From positions 1 to 31,555 of the IMG/VR virus record IMGVR_UViG_3300031269_000057: a DNA stretch of 31,555 nucleotides. One strand, written 5' to 3'. Origin of the DNA: a virus (Duplodnaviria > Caudoviricetes). Under the pieces are notes generated by a model. The model saw nothing but the letters and a program-made list of their open reading frames with translations, was not told the origin of the DNA and ran no database searches. Shown here in pieces: positions 5,908 to 14,684 of this stretch. The position numbers and the translations under genes were made by a program. Numbering within the stretch: the first letter of the stretch is position 1; each line of letters starts with the position of its first letter.

Positions 5908-7875
5908 TTAACCCATACCACGGCCCACCATTCTATCAGTATTACGCTGTATGCTGCTGTCAGGGTTCCTAGCACTGGCTAATGGGGTAGTCGCTTGAGT
6001 TCCGCTAGTTGACTGGACTGATTTCTTAGTTGATTTTGGTGTCAGGTTCTGGCCACCGACAATCGCTACATTAGCACGTTCCTTTTCTGATTCAATCTCA
6101 CTAACCTGATTCTCAATCAAATTAAGTTTCTGTTCCTGTGCTTTTTGAACAGGCACATCCAGATTATTTTTAGATGACGCATTGGCTAACTCGGCGGCAC
6201 TTACATAATTACCATCTTTAAGCACATGTGGTTGACGCATTCTCTGTAATTCACCATCTGAATCATTTGCTGCGGTCATATTAAATGGTGCAACTGTTCC
6301 AGCAATCCCAATGCTGTTATTATTGCGCATAGAATTATTGGCCACATTATTGGCCAGTTCATCTGATGCAGCACCATCACCTAACCCAAGTACATTTAGG
6401 CTAGAATCCAACCAACCAGCAACCTTTTCTTTGGTTTCATCACTTATACTGAATAAATCTTTAACCGCATCTACTTTGTCACCAATAATTTTGGCCAAAT
6501 CATTATAAACACCTTTAACAGAATCAAAGGTATCTGTTACCAATGAACTAACAAAGTCTCCAATGTTTGACATATGTTCACCAAAGTTATTAAATATGTT
6601 CGCAACATCACTCCATAGTTGTTTAGTTCCCTCGATAATGTTATGGATTGATTCACCTAACCATTCACTGAATGCTGTACCTTCGATAAACTTTTCATAT
6701 ATCCATGTACCAGCCGCATACCCAGCCGCACCAGCTAATCCAACTAAACCTAGTTTCATCAATGGTGCTAACATAACGAGTAATGGTGCTGCTGATTTTA
6801 GAATACCTTTAAACTTATTACCAATTCCAGCTAATAGACCAACATCTTCTTCGTTTTCATCTTTCTTTTCATTACCAAGTTCAAGTAAATCATGAATATC
6901 AGAAACTTTTTCAAACATGCGCTCATCACGTTCTATTGATTCACGACGAAATTCTGTATCTAATCTATCGTCAGTTTCACCCTCAACCTTCATCATTTCA
7001 TTTGCGGCTTCACCTTCAACTTTTGATTCACGACTAAACATAGAATCGTCATCAGTTTCAGGTATACTTACAGGTGAAACTTGTCTATCTTGTTTTATTG
7101 CTTTTTCTTCAAGTTCTGCAAGTTCTTTATTACGCTCTTGTTCTCTTTCAAGGGCTGTAACTTTATCTTCTTCTGTTTTTTCAGCCATGAATTGACGGTG
7201 CAAATCACTTGAGATAAGTTCTTTCTGTGCTTTTTTATTTTCACGATAACTGGATAGAGCGTCACCTGCTACACGGAACAATGCCATTGCAATAGGGTTG
7301 TCATCAACGAAACCAGAATACATTGAACGAACGTCCATATACTGTTCTGCTAAGTCACCCATTTTCGCTGTTGCTCTACTTGCGATATTTGAGCGTTTCT
7401 TATATTCAGCCTGTAGGAATCTTAATGAATTTGAATACTCATCCATTAAGAACTCTTTTTCATCTGAAGATGAATCCGCTAAACCTTCCATTAACACATC
7501 CATGCGTTTCATCTGATTCTTCAGCATACTACGTGACATACCACCTATATCACCAACCAATCCCTTTAACTCACTCACATAGAACTGAGTAACTTCATCT
7601 TCATCAAATGCGTTTACTCTATCCTCATCACTTACTGTTTTACCACTACGTTCAGCCTTAGTTAATTGTTGTACTCTATTAGCAACACGTTCCGCAATGT
7701 TTGTCTCTAAATCTTTAACGCGCGCAGATGAATCCAACTCAGTACGTTCTACGTTATATGAACTTAAAAGTTGCTCAGATTTTTGCATGGCGTTCTGACG
7801 TGGGCCTCGTCTAAACGCACCCATCATCATAGCACCCATTGTAGTTTTATTTACTGGTGTTGTTTCTTCAGCCAT
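5908..7875 (-). CDS. putative tail tape-measure protein (T4 gp29 analogue)
   Basis: 655 aa, charged helical N-terminal half, hydrophobic G/A-rich segment PLLVMLAPLMKLGLVGLAGAAGYAAG, spaced W/F amphipathic region; last gene of the tail-hub operon after gp26 and gp51. Confidence 0.65.
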   Translation of the reverse strand: MAEETTPVNKTTMGAMMMGAFRRGPRQNAMQKSEQLLSSYNVERTELDSSARVKDLETNIAERVANRVQQLTKAERSGKTVSDEDRVNAFDEDEVTQFYVSELKGLVGDIGGMSRSMLKNQMKRMDVLMEGLADSSSDEKEFLMDEYSNSLRFLQAEYKKRSNIASRATAKMGDLAEQYMDVRSMYSGFVDDNPIAMALFRVAGDALSSYRENKKAQKELISSDLHRQFMAEKTEEDKVTALEREQERNKELAELEEKAIKQDRQVSPVSIPETDDDSMFSRESKVEGEAANEMMKVEGETDDRLDTEFRRESIERDERMFEKVSDIHDLLELGNEKKDENEEDVGLLAGIGNKFKGILKSAAPLLVMLAPLMKLGLVGLAGAAGYAAGTWIYEKFIEGTAFSEWLGESIHNIIEGTKQLWSDVANIFNNFGEHMSNIGDFVSSLVTDTFDSVKGVYNDLAKIIGDKVDAVKDLFSISDETKEKVAGWLDSSLNVLGLGDGAASDELANNVANNSMRNNNSIGIAGTVAPFNMTAANDSDGELQRMRQPHVLKDGNYVSAAELANASSKNNLDVPVQKAQEQKLNLIENQVSEIESEKERANVAIVGGQNLTPKSTKKSVQSTSGTQATTPLASARNPDSSIQRNTDRMVGRGMG

Positions 7876-7877
7876 AG

Positions 7878-8033
7878 CTATTTCCTACTTTTAAGTTTCT
7901 CTTTTTCTTTTTCAAGATGTTCAATTAACATGAGTGTGTATATTTCCCTTTCATATGGAACCATGTTTTCTATTTCACTTAACGAGTATTGGAAATTATG
8001 CATCATTGTAAAGTTTGTTCTATACAATGCCAT
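7878..8033 (-). CDS. gp51: short gp51-like baseplate hub assembly protein (51 aa, below the ORF-track cutoff)
   Basis: Manual translation MALYRTNFTMMHNFQYSLSEIENMVPYEREIYTLMLIEHLEKEKEKLKSRK matches the Y.TNF.LM....YSL.EIENM.P.ER.IY pattern of short gp51 in marine T4-like phages. Confidence 0.85.
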   Translation of the reverse strand: MALYRTNFTMMHNFQYSLSEIENMVPYEREIYTLMLIEHLEKEKEKLKSRK

Positions 8034-8053
8034 TAACTCACCATGACCAAAGA

Positions 8054-8815
8054 TTATTCTAAAAAATCGTCTAGCCCTTCCAACTTAACGGTTTCTTCAT
8101 GACCACATGAAGGGCATTTAATCTTTAGTTCTTTATATAATTTAGGTGATGCTTTAATATACTTCTCAATTTTCCCTAAATCAGCAGAACCCAACTCACC
8201 CAACCATTCGGATAATTCTTCATCAGTAAAGTCAGGGCGTTTATAGATTTCATCTGCATCAAAAGCATAATCAATTGAAAACAACATTGTTAATAAACCA
8301 CGTTCAGTTGGTGATTCAGTTTCCTGTAATAGTTTCCAATCACCATATGACAGGTTTTTCATCATTACACCAACGTTATCCGTGAACATTATTTTATTAT
8401 CCTGTTCGGGAAAATATAACTCAATGTCAAATAGATTTAACTTCATTGGTATGGATGTGTTGCATTCATGTTCAGGTAAATCAACTTCCTCACCTTCTGG
8501 ATTTTTACCCGGCCCTGCTGGAATAGTGTTAGTACAACGATAACGAAGGTCTAACATTTCACCGGCTGATTTAGCACGTAGTTTAACGGTTAGATACTCA
8601 ATATCAGCGATTGGTAATGAATCAACTTCTTCACCAAATGTACAGGCGGTTAATGCATCATGTAATGCGTTAACTAACTGACTCTTATCACCCATTTCAA
8701 TTGCTTGTAGGATGACTTTTTGTTCTTTAACTAAGAAAGGTCTAAATTTGATTTTCTTACCACTTACAGGTAAGGTTAAATCAAACTTACTACTTTCAAG
8801 TTTAGGTAATGCCAT
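8054..8815 (-). CDS. gp26: baseplate hub subunit / assembly chaperone
   Basis: MALPKL...F.LTLP.SGKKIKFRPFLVKEQK, DIEYL..KLRAKS.GE, C-terminal CPSCG....LEGL..F. Confidence 0.92.
   Translation of the reverse strand: MALPKLESSKFDLTLPVSGKKIKFRPFLVKEQKVILQAIEMGDKSQLVNALHDALTACTFGEEVDSLPIADIEYLTVKLRAKSAGEMLDLRYRCTNTIPAGPGKNPEGEEVDLPEHECNTSIPMKLNLFDIELYFPEQDNKIMFTDNVGVMMKNLSYGDWKLLQETESPTERGLLTMLFSIDYAFDADEIYKRPDFTDEELSEWLGELGSADLGKIEKYIKASPKLYKELKIKCPSCGHEETVKLEGLDDFLE
8060..8066 (-). promoter_or_regulatory. candidate -1 ribosomal frameshift heptamer T TTT TTA
   Basis: Minus strand reads GAC GAT TTT TTA GAA TAA at the gp26 end; the -1 frame is open into the gp51-like ORF. Confidence 0.6.
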
Positions 8816-8829
8816 AATTTAACTCCATA

Positions 8830-9534
8830 TTAAAATGTAAATAAATCGGTTGCGTAATCTACGAAACCATCAATAATATCTTCTAGTTTGCTTTGGTTTG
8901 GTGCAATTCCAACTGGATATTTATACTTATCATAATCAACAGGTATTGCTTCCCAATATTTATAGGAGAAGCTAACTGTTGAATTTTGAATATCATTCTG
9001 TGTTGAATATGAATAATCTACCGCACCAATATTAATAGGATATGCATCTTTAATTAATATTGAATATGAAATCTGCCCTTCTCTATCCAATTGATGAACC
9101 TTAATATCAGATACATACTCATCATAGAAATTCATTGTTCCGGTTTTAATGTTAACAATAGTTTCCTGCCATATCTCAAAAAACTTACGTTCACGGAAAT
9201 CTTGTGAAGTTGTAAACGTAAATGATACATCGTCATATTGAGTTGCATATGGTATTTTAATTGGAGTTTGGTAATGTCTATGTTCTACTGTCATGAATGA
9301 ACGGCCCGGCATCTGTGCTGCATTACACATGATTGACAACTTACCATTCTGGATAGCAGAGGTTTCTACACTTTTAATCTTTCCTGATGTGCTTTCCTCA
9401 CGTACTTCACCACCTGAACCACTTACACCACGAGGTAAAAGAAACTCTACCCAATAGCGATTAGGTGAAGCCAAACCAACTTCACTAATCTGTGCAATAA
9501 AATCATCTATCGACTTTTTTCTATGTTCTGCCAT
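8830..9534 (-). CDS. gp54: baseplate tail-tube initiator (gp54/gp19 tube fold)
   Basis: GLA.PNRY.V, C..AQMPGRS, PY...YDDVSFTF, ERKFFE.WQ, YDEY...I...QL, AYP..IG.VDYS, V.FSYKYW. Confidence 0.7.
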   Translation of the reverse strand: MAEHRKKSIDDFIAQISEVGLASPNRYWVEFLLPRGVSGSGGEVREESTSGKIKSVETSAIQNGKLSIMCNAAQMPGRSFMTVEHRHYQTPIKIPYATQYDDVSFTFTTSQDFRERKFFEIWQETIVNIKTGTMNFYDEYVSDIKVHQLDREGQISYSILIKDAYPINIGAVDYSYSTQNDIQNSTVSFSYKYWEAIPVDYDKYKYPVGIAPNQSKLEDIIDGFVDYATDLFTF

Positions 9535-10194
9535 TTATCTACCCACGTATGCTTTTGAATCAGCCCAAACTTCACGTTTGTTAGCCTTACGGAAATCTTC
9601 TACTGGTAACATAGCTGCAACTTCCCATTCATCGAAGGGTACAACTGCGAATGTACTTGCCACATGGCTATACAAATATCGCTTGATAGTTGGTTTATAT
9701 ACTGTATTACCAATACCTTTTAAAACTTTATATGAAACATTCACGTAATCTTCATCATTATAATTTTCATGTAATGTAAATAATGCATCTAGTAACTTCG
9801 CTCTTAGGATGAAGGGTAAATAGTGTATGTTTAATCCCAAAAATCCATCTGGATAATAACCAATTGGAATCACTAACGGGAATTTATCATAATACTTCAA
9901 TTCTTTAGCCCATTTCGGGTTATACATGAAGAACATCATTCTACCGATTTCAGGTACTTTGGTGATTTGAATGCCTTGTACATCACCACCACCTAATTTA
10001 CTGTTTACCCAATTTCTACCACCTGTACGCTGTTCAGATGTTTTATCTTTACCCATTCGACGCATAACAGATTTTCTAAACCATTGCATGGATGTTTTAG
10101 ATTGTTGTGCGAGTTCTCTACCAGATAACCCTTTCAGGCGTTCTTGGAACTTCTGTATCTGCTTAGATTGTGGTATTCGTTTAATTCGTGGCAT
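9535..10194 (-). CDS. gp2: DNA end protector protein
   Basis: G.M.FFMYNPK....LKYYDKFPLV, GFLGLNIHYLP...RAKLL, KRYL.SHV, W..A.MLPVEDF.K.....VWADS. Confidence 0.93.
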   Translation of the reverse strand: MPRIKRIPQSKQIQKFQERLKGLSGRELAQQSKTSMQWFRKSVMRRMGKDKTSEQRTGGRNWVNSKLGGGDVQGIQITKVPEIGRMMFFMYNPKWAKELKYYDKFPLVIPIGYYPDGFLGLNIHYLPFILRAKLLDALFTLHENYNDEDYVNVSYKVLKGIGNTVYKPTIKRYLYSHVASTFAVVPFDEWEVAAMLPVEDFRKANKREVWADSKAYVGR

Positions 10195-10197
10195 AAT

Positions 10198-10665
10198 CTA
10201 TTTTCTCTTTTTGATACCGAGTTCATATTCAGTCATAACTTTAAATTCTACACCCCTCTCCCCACACCATTGACGTGCAGCTTCCCATTTATCTTGATTG
10301 CGCTGAAATGTCATTTGTTCTTCAAGATGACGCATTTTAGTTTTATGTGTCATGCGCTTAGGTGTAACGGGTGGTATTGTTTCCTTATAAGGTTTTACTT
10401 CAATCAATACATTTCCAATACTTCCATCCCGCTTTCTTAATTTAACCATGAAATCGGTGAAATATCTACGTTGTTTATTATCCACCGATGACCAATACGG
10501 AATCACTACTTCTTCGCTGCTCCATCTCAACACAGAGGGATTATTATCAAGGTGTTTCATGAGTTTTCTTTCCCATAGCGACCTAAATACTATATTAGAT
10601 GCATCACCTACGTATTTATGTGGATTAATCGGCGTGTATTTGCCTTTGTAAGATTTTCTACCCAT
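10198..10665 (-). CDS. gp4: head completion nuclease
   Basis: YKGKY.P.NP.KY.GD...IVFRSLWERK.M...D.NP.V..WSSEE..IPY, RYF.DF, IEVKP, N..KWEAA. Confidence 0.95.
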   Translation of the reverse strand: MGRKSYKGKYTPINPHKYVGDASNIVFRSLWERKLMKHLDNNPSVLRWSSEEVVIPYWSSVDNKQRRYFTDFMVKLRKRDGSIGNVLIEVKPYKETIPPVTPKRMTHKTKMRHLEEQMTFQRNQDKWEAARQWCGERGVEFKVMTEYELGIKKRK

Positions 10666-10670
10666 ATAGA

Positions 10671-10678
10671 TATTTAGT
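10671..10678 (-). promoter_or_regulatory. late promoter variant ACTAAATA for the leftward gp4-to-tape-measure operon
   Basis: TAAATA core on the minus strand just upstream of the gp4 ATG, back-to-back with the rightward late promoter. Confidence 0.55.
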
Positions 10679-10682
10679 CACG

Positions 10683-10690
10683 TATAAATA
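10683..10690 (+). promoter_or_regulatory. T4-type late promoter TATAAATA for the baseplate operon
   Basis: Perfect consensus upstream of a GAGGA RBS and gp48. Confidence 0.8.
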
Positions 10691-10716
10691 TTAGAAAATA
10701 CAAATGAGGATTTTAA

Positions 10717-11487
10717 ATGGCTGATTTGGAATATCCCAAAGGCATAATTAACAAACTTGATACTAATGATGACCAGCTAGTTTCTGCTGTGAAGTTTTCA
10801 ATAGTGCGCCGTAACGACTCAAAATCAACACTTATTGATAAAAACATCTACCTATATATGCCTGAAACATTTGAAAACCCAACTAACATTTCATGGGATT
10901 CACAAGGCATTGGATGGATTGGTCAACAATTCATGAATAATGGTGAGGGTGGATACCGCCAAGCATTATCTGAATTAGGTTCACGTGCTGGATTGCGCCT
11001 TGAGGAAATGCTTAAAGGTGCTGCAACTGGCCGTGCTGTTTCTGGTGAGGATTTGGTTGCATTACAGCAAGGTAAAATCCGCAACCCTTACATAAAAATG
11101 TTATTCCGTGGTGTTAACTTCCGAACATTTGAGTTTGTGTTTAAATTCGCACCACGAAACGAACAAGAATCACAGATTATCGCTGACATTATTAAAGCCT
11201 TTCGTACAGCCGCATTACCTGAATACGTCGAGGGTGATAATTTCTTAGGTTATCCAAACGAAGTCAAAATTGAATATCTACAAATCCAGCCGGGTGATTC
11301 TACTAAAGTTACAAACAAATGGTTAAACAAATTTAAGAACTGTGTAATCACAGATGTTCATGTGAATTACACAGGTGCTGGATTCTACGCAACAATGCGT
11401 AATGGTTTTCCTAGTGAAACTGAACTGCGAATCCAATTCAGTGAAAATGAAATTCTTACACGTAAAGATATTGATGGTGGTTACTAA
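10717..11487 (+). CDS. gp48: baseplate tail-tube cap
   Basis: L.YP, I.LYMP, NPY..MLFRGV.FRTF.F.FKFAPRN..ES..I..II..FR, YP....I.Y, C.IT...VNY, F.E.EILTR.DI. Confidence 0.9.
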   Translation: MADLEYPKGIINKLDTNDDQLVSAVKFSIVRRNDSKSTLIDKNIYLYMPETFENPTNISWDSQGIGWIGQQFMNNGEGGYRQALSELGSRAGLRLEEMLKGAATGRAVSGEDLVALQQGKIRNPYIKMLFRGVNFRTFEFVFKFAPRNEQESQIIADIIKAFRTAALPEYVEGDNFLGYPNEVKIEYLQIQPGDSTKVTNKWLNKFKNCVITDVHVNYTGAGFYATMRNGFPSETELRIQFSENEILTRKDIDGGY

Positions 11488-12050
11488 TGGCATTCTTTAA
11501 ACAATTCAACACATTATTATATGATGCTGATGGTAATGGTATTCGTAGACAAGCCGTTAATATATTCAATTCAATCATTGTAAAATATGACCAAATTGAT
11601 AATGTAACCCTCTATTTTTACCACATGATTGAAGATGGTGAACGCCCTGAAGATGTTGCATATAGATTTTACGGTGATTCTGACCTTAATTGGGTTATTC
11701 TATTAATCAATAGTATTGTAAATCCATATTATGATTGGCCATTGACTCAACAGGAATTATCCTCATATACAGCATCTAAATATGAGAATCCAACTGGTAT
11801 TCACCATTTTGTGGATTTAAACACAGGTTATCGTGTCGATGAGGTTTCACATATTGAATATCAAGATTTAATAGACTCAAGTTCTCCACTACCCGCAAAT
11901 ATCGGAATAGTGACTAATATGGAATATGAGTTTGAGCAGAATACAGAAAAACGTCAAATAAAAATATTGGATAGAACACATCTGAATGACTTTGTTATCC
12001 AGTTTGAAAGATTAATGAAACGAAAAATACTTAATGTGGAAGATGTTTAA
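11487..12050 (+). CDS. gp53: baseplate wedge subunit with LysM-like region
   Basis: I.DGERPEDVAYRFYGD..L.WVILL.N.I.NPYYDWP, VTN.EYE...N.EKRQIKIL. Confidence 0.93.
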   Translation: MAFFKQFNTLLYDADGNGIRRQAVNIFNSIIVKYDQIDNVTLYFYHMIEDGERPEDVAYRFYGDSDLNWVILLINSIVNPYYDWPLTQQELSSYTASKYENPTGIHHFVDLNTGYRVDEVSHIEYQDLIDSSSPLPANIGIVTNMEYEFEQNTEKRQIKILDRTHLNDFVIQFERLMKRKILNVEDV

Positions 12051-13267
12051 TGACTACAAGATTTCCTAAAGATTATGACCAAATTGTTATAACCATTGAT
12101 GGTGTTGATGTATCAGGGATTGTTGGTCAAACAGAAATCTATCAGGATATTTTTTCACCTGTGTGGAGCGCAACATTAATGTTCTACGATACACAGAACC
12201 AGTTAATGAATTTGCCTATTATGCCGGGTTCTGAAGTTGAGATATTACTTGAAACAAGTGCGCCTAAACCATGTAAAGGTAAGAAAACATTTAATTTCAT
12301 AGTGTATAAGATTGACAACCGTGAAATGGTTAAACAAGAAACTTATACCTATATAGTTAGATGTATCGCGCCTGAATATTTTGATGACCAGAAATCACGC
12401 ATCAGTAAAGCCTATGATGGCACAACAGATAAAATCGCTAGAAGTATTATAAATGACTCTGATGTGTTTGGTGATATTACAAAATCAAGTTCTGATTCAA
12501 ATAGATACAACGTTATTGTACCTAACCTATCACCCTTCGCTGCAATTGAGTGGTTGACTATATTCTCTAAAACAAAGAATGCTGGTGCTGATTTCTGTTT
12601 CTTTCAAACAGATGAGGGTCAATTTGCATTTTCTTCAATTGAGGATATGTTTAATGATAGAACCGATTTGTCATTGAAACAGATAATTCCTAACGCTAAA
12701 AAAGAATCACAGGATGTTGATGACGCATTCATAAGCATTCAACAATATCAGTTTATTAATCAATTTGATGCATTGCCTAATTTTGATATGGGGTTCTTTG
12801 GTAGTAAAACATTATCACATGACATAATTAATAAGAAATTCACAACATCAACATTTAATTATGGAGATGATTTAGCGACTGATAAAACCTATGCACCATT
12901 TAAAGGCGATATATTTGAGAATGCAGGTAATGCTAATATTTCATTTGTTCCTGTACATGGTGGTGTTATGGAGAAGGGATTAGTGCCTAATGAAACACAT
13001 AAACAATGGAAGGGTTCACGAAAATCCAGCATTATGAAACTGGAAACAAATAGACTGTTAGTAGATATACCCGGTCATGTTTGTCTATATGACCAGTTAG
13101 GTAGAACAATCCAAGTTCTGTTACCATCACATCAGGATTCAACTAAAGATAGGCATGATAAATATTTGAAAGGTGATTATCTGGTTACAGCGATACGTCA
13201 TGTAATTGCAAAAGAATATACTATCTTTATGGAACTGAGTAAGAAACGAATGAGTGAGAAATATTAA
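12050..13267 (+). CDS. baseplate hub protein (gp27-like)
   Basis: 405 aa between gp53 and gp5; IYQDIFSP, RISKAY, VPNLSPF.AI.WL, F.FFQT, G.YLVTAIRH. Confidence 0.75.
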   Translation: MTTRFPKDYDQIVITIDGVDVSGIVGQTEIYQDIFSPVWSATLMFYDTQNQLMNLPIMPGSEVEILLETSAPKPCKGKKTFNFIVYKIDNREMVKQETYTYIVRCIAPEYFDDQKSRISKAYDGTTDKIARSIINDSDVFGDITKSSSDSNRYNVIVPNLSPFAAIEWLTIFSKTKNAGADFCFFQTDEGQFAFSSIEDMFNDRTDLSLKQIIPNAKKESQDVDDAFISIQQYQFINQFDALPNFDMGFFGSKTLSHDIINKKFTTSTFNYGDDLATDKTYAPFKGDIFENAGNANISFVPVHGGVMEKGLVPNETHKQWKGSRKSSIMKLETNRLLVDIPGHVCLYDQLGRTIQVLLPSHQDSTKDRHDKYLKGDYLVTAIRHVIAKEYTIFMELSKKRMSEKY

Positions 13268-13506
13268 TGGCATGGGAAATATCAGGTGTAACTCAGGTTC
13301 AAGATGCATTAGCGGCATGTATTGTCAGGTTATATTTAAGAAGTGATGGTTCATTAGTGGATTTCACAACCAGTAATGCTGTAGATGGAACCTACACTTT
13401 TACAGGATTAATAGAATCAACAGAATATGATATAGTATGTATTAATAATACACCCAATATATGTCCTCAAATATCTGGGCCAATACAACCAGTTGAGGTT
13501 ATTTAA
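13267..13506 (+). CDS. small beta-sandwich (carboxypeptidase-regulatory-like) structural protein
   Basis: 79 aa, TAATG-coupled to the hub gene; VRLY.RSDG.LV..TTS....GTYTF motif shared with the C-termini of 16748..17683 and 19717..21492. Confidence 0.7.
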   Translation: MAWEISGVTQVQDALAACIVRLYLRSDGSLVDFTTSNAVDGTYTFTGLIESTEYDIVCINNTPNICPQISGPIQPVEVI

Positions 13507-13647
13507 CAACACCACATATTAATATTATACTTACATGTGGAGTAACAGATATTAGTTATCGCCTACGGCGAGTGGTGTTTCACACCACGTATTAGTTAAT
13601 AACGTAATTAATAATTAGTAATATAATATCATCGGGGCCACATGCGC
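13507..13647. other. non-coding AT-rich region with consecutive inverted repeats (candidate origin or ncRNA)
   Basis: CCACAT/ATGTGG (13512-13540), TCGCC-TAC-GGCGA (13559-13571), GTGGTG-TTTCA-CACCAC (13572-13588), then AT-rich imperfect palindromes. Confidence 0.5.
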
Positions 13648-13676
13648 AGCTTATCAATCTGTCAAGTGCTTGTCAA
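13648..13676 (-). promoter_or_regulatory. leftward sigma70-type promoter
   Basis: Minus strand TTGACA (13676-13671), 17-bp spacer ending TGA (extended -10), TAAGCT (13653-13648); A/T tract upstream at about 13680-13712; second TTGACA at 13665-13660. Confidence 0.7.
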
Positions 13677-13727
13677 GCATTATTTTAACTTATTTTAAAT
13701 TAATTTTTAAAACCCTTTGGAATCAAT

Positions 13728-14672
13728 ATGATACAAAACAATCAAAATGAATCAATGGCCTTCTCAATGGGTTCATTTGTATGGTGGATAGGCGTAGTTG
13801 AGGATAGATTAGACCCTGAGAAGTTAGGGCGTGTACGTGTGCGCATTGGTGGATACCATGCGGCTGATAAGGGTGATATAGCGACAAATAAGCTATTGTG
13901 GGCCTACCCTATGCAACCAATCACTTCAGCGGCTATGAACGGCTTAGGTGAAGCCCCTGTAGGTGTTGTGGAAGGTACGTGGGTAGTTGGGTTCTTCCGT
14001 GATGGTCATAACGCTCATGACCCTGTAATTATGGGTACATTGGGTGGTAAACCAGAATCTAAAGATAAAAATCAAGGATTCAATGACCCTAATGGGGTGT
14101 ATCCTAAAGATGCTTATCTAGGCGAACCAGATACCAATCGGTTAGCACGTAATGAAAAAATAGAAGAAACAATAGTCCAATCTAAAAAAGATGGGGTTAA
14201 AGTAGGTGTTTCGCTTGCATTAGGTTCAGGGAACTGGGATGAACCAGAAACACCATATGCAGCTGAATACCCATACAATCATGTAAAGGAAACTGAAAGT
14301 GGTCATGTTCAAGAGTTTGATGACACAGAAGGTGCAGAACGTATTCACACATATCATAAATCAGGAACATTTGAAGAAATTCATCCTGATGGTACGAAGG
14401 TTACTAAAGTAGTTGGTGCTGATTATGAGATTGTGCTTGATGGGAAAAATATGCACGTTACTGGAAACTTGAATATTACCATAAATGGTGATGCTAATAT
14501 TTTAGTTGATGGGGATTGTAAATCAGAAGTGACGGGTAATAAGGATGAATATATACATGGTAAATACCAATTGAAAGTTGGTGGTGATTTAGTAATGAAT
14601 GCGGGTGGTAATTCATATCTTGATGGCGCGCAGGTACATTTTAATTTACCCGGCCCTGTACCTGCATTTTAA
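13728..14672 (+). CDS. gp5: baseplate central spike without lysozyme domain
   Basis: OB-fold F.WWIGVVEDR.DPEKLGRVRVR, GTWVVGFFRDG; YPYNHV.ETESGHV.EFDDT.G.ERIH.YHKSGTF.E; short V.G beta-helix repeats; only 314 aa. Confidence 0.95.
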   Translation: MIQNNQNESMAFSMGSFVWWIGVVEDRLDPEKLGRVRVRIGGYHAADKGDIATNKLLWAYPMQPITSAAMNGLGEAPVGVVEGTWVVGFFRDGHNAHDPVIMGTLGGKPESKDKNQGFNDPNGVYPKDAYLGEPDTNRLARNEKIEETIVQSKKDGVKVGVSLALGSGNWDEPETPYAAEYPYNHVKETESGHVQEFDDTEGAERIHTYHKSGTFEEIHPDGTKVTKVVGADYEIVLDGKNMHVTGNLNITINGDANILVDGDCKSEVTGNKDEYIHGKYQLKVGGDLVMNAGGNSYLDGAQVHFNLPGPVPAF

Positions 14673-14684
14673 GGAATTTTTATA

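Noticed and set aside
6311-8046. Several plus-strand ORFs of 65-110 aa
   Set aside because: Antisense shadows of the tape-measure candidate and gp51/gp26
9971-10651. Plus-strand ORFs over gp2 and gp4, and similar short nested ORFs elsewhere (e.g. 5190, 16752, 26977, 28076, 29634)
   Set aside because: Nested in or antisense to well-supported conserved genes, with no motifs of their own
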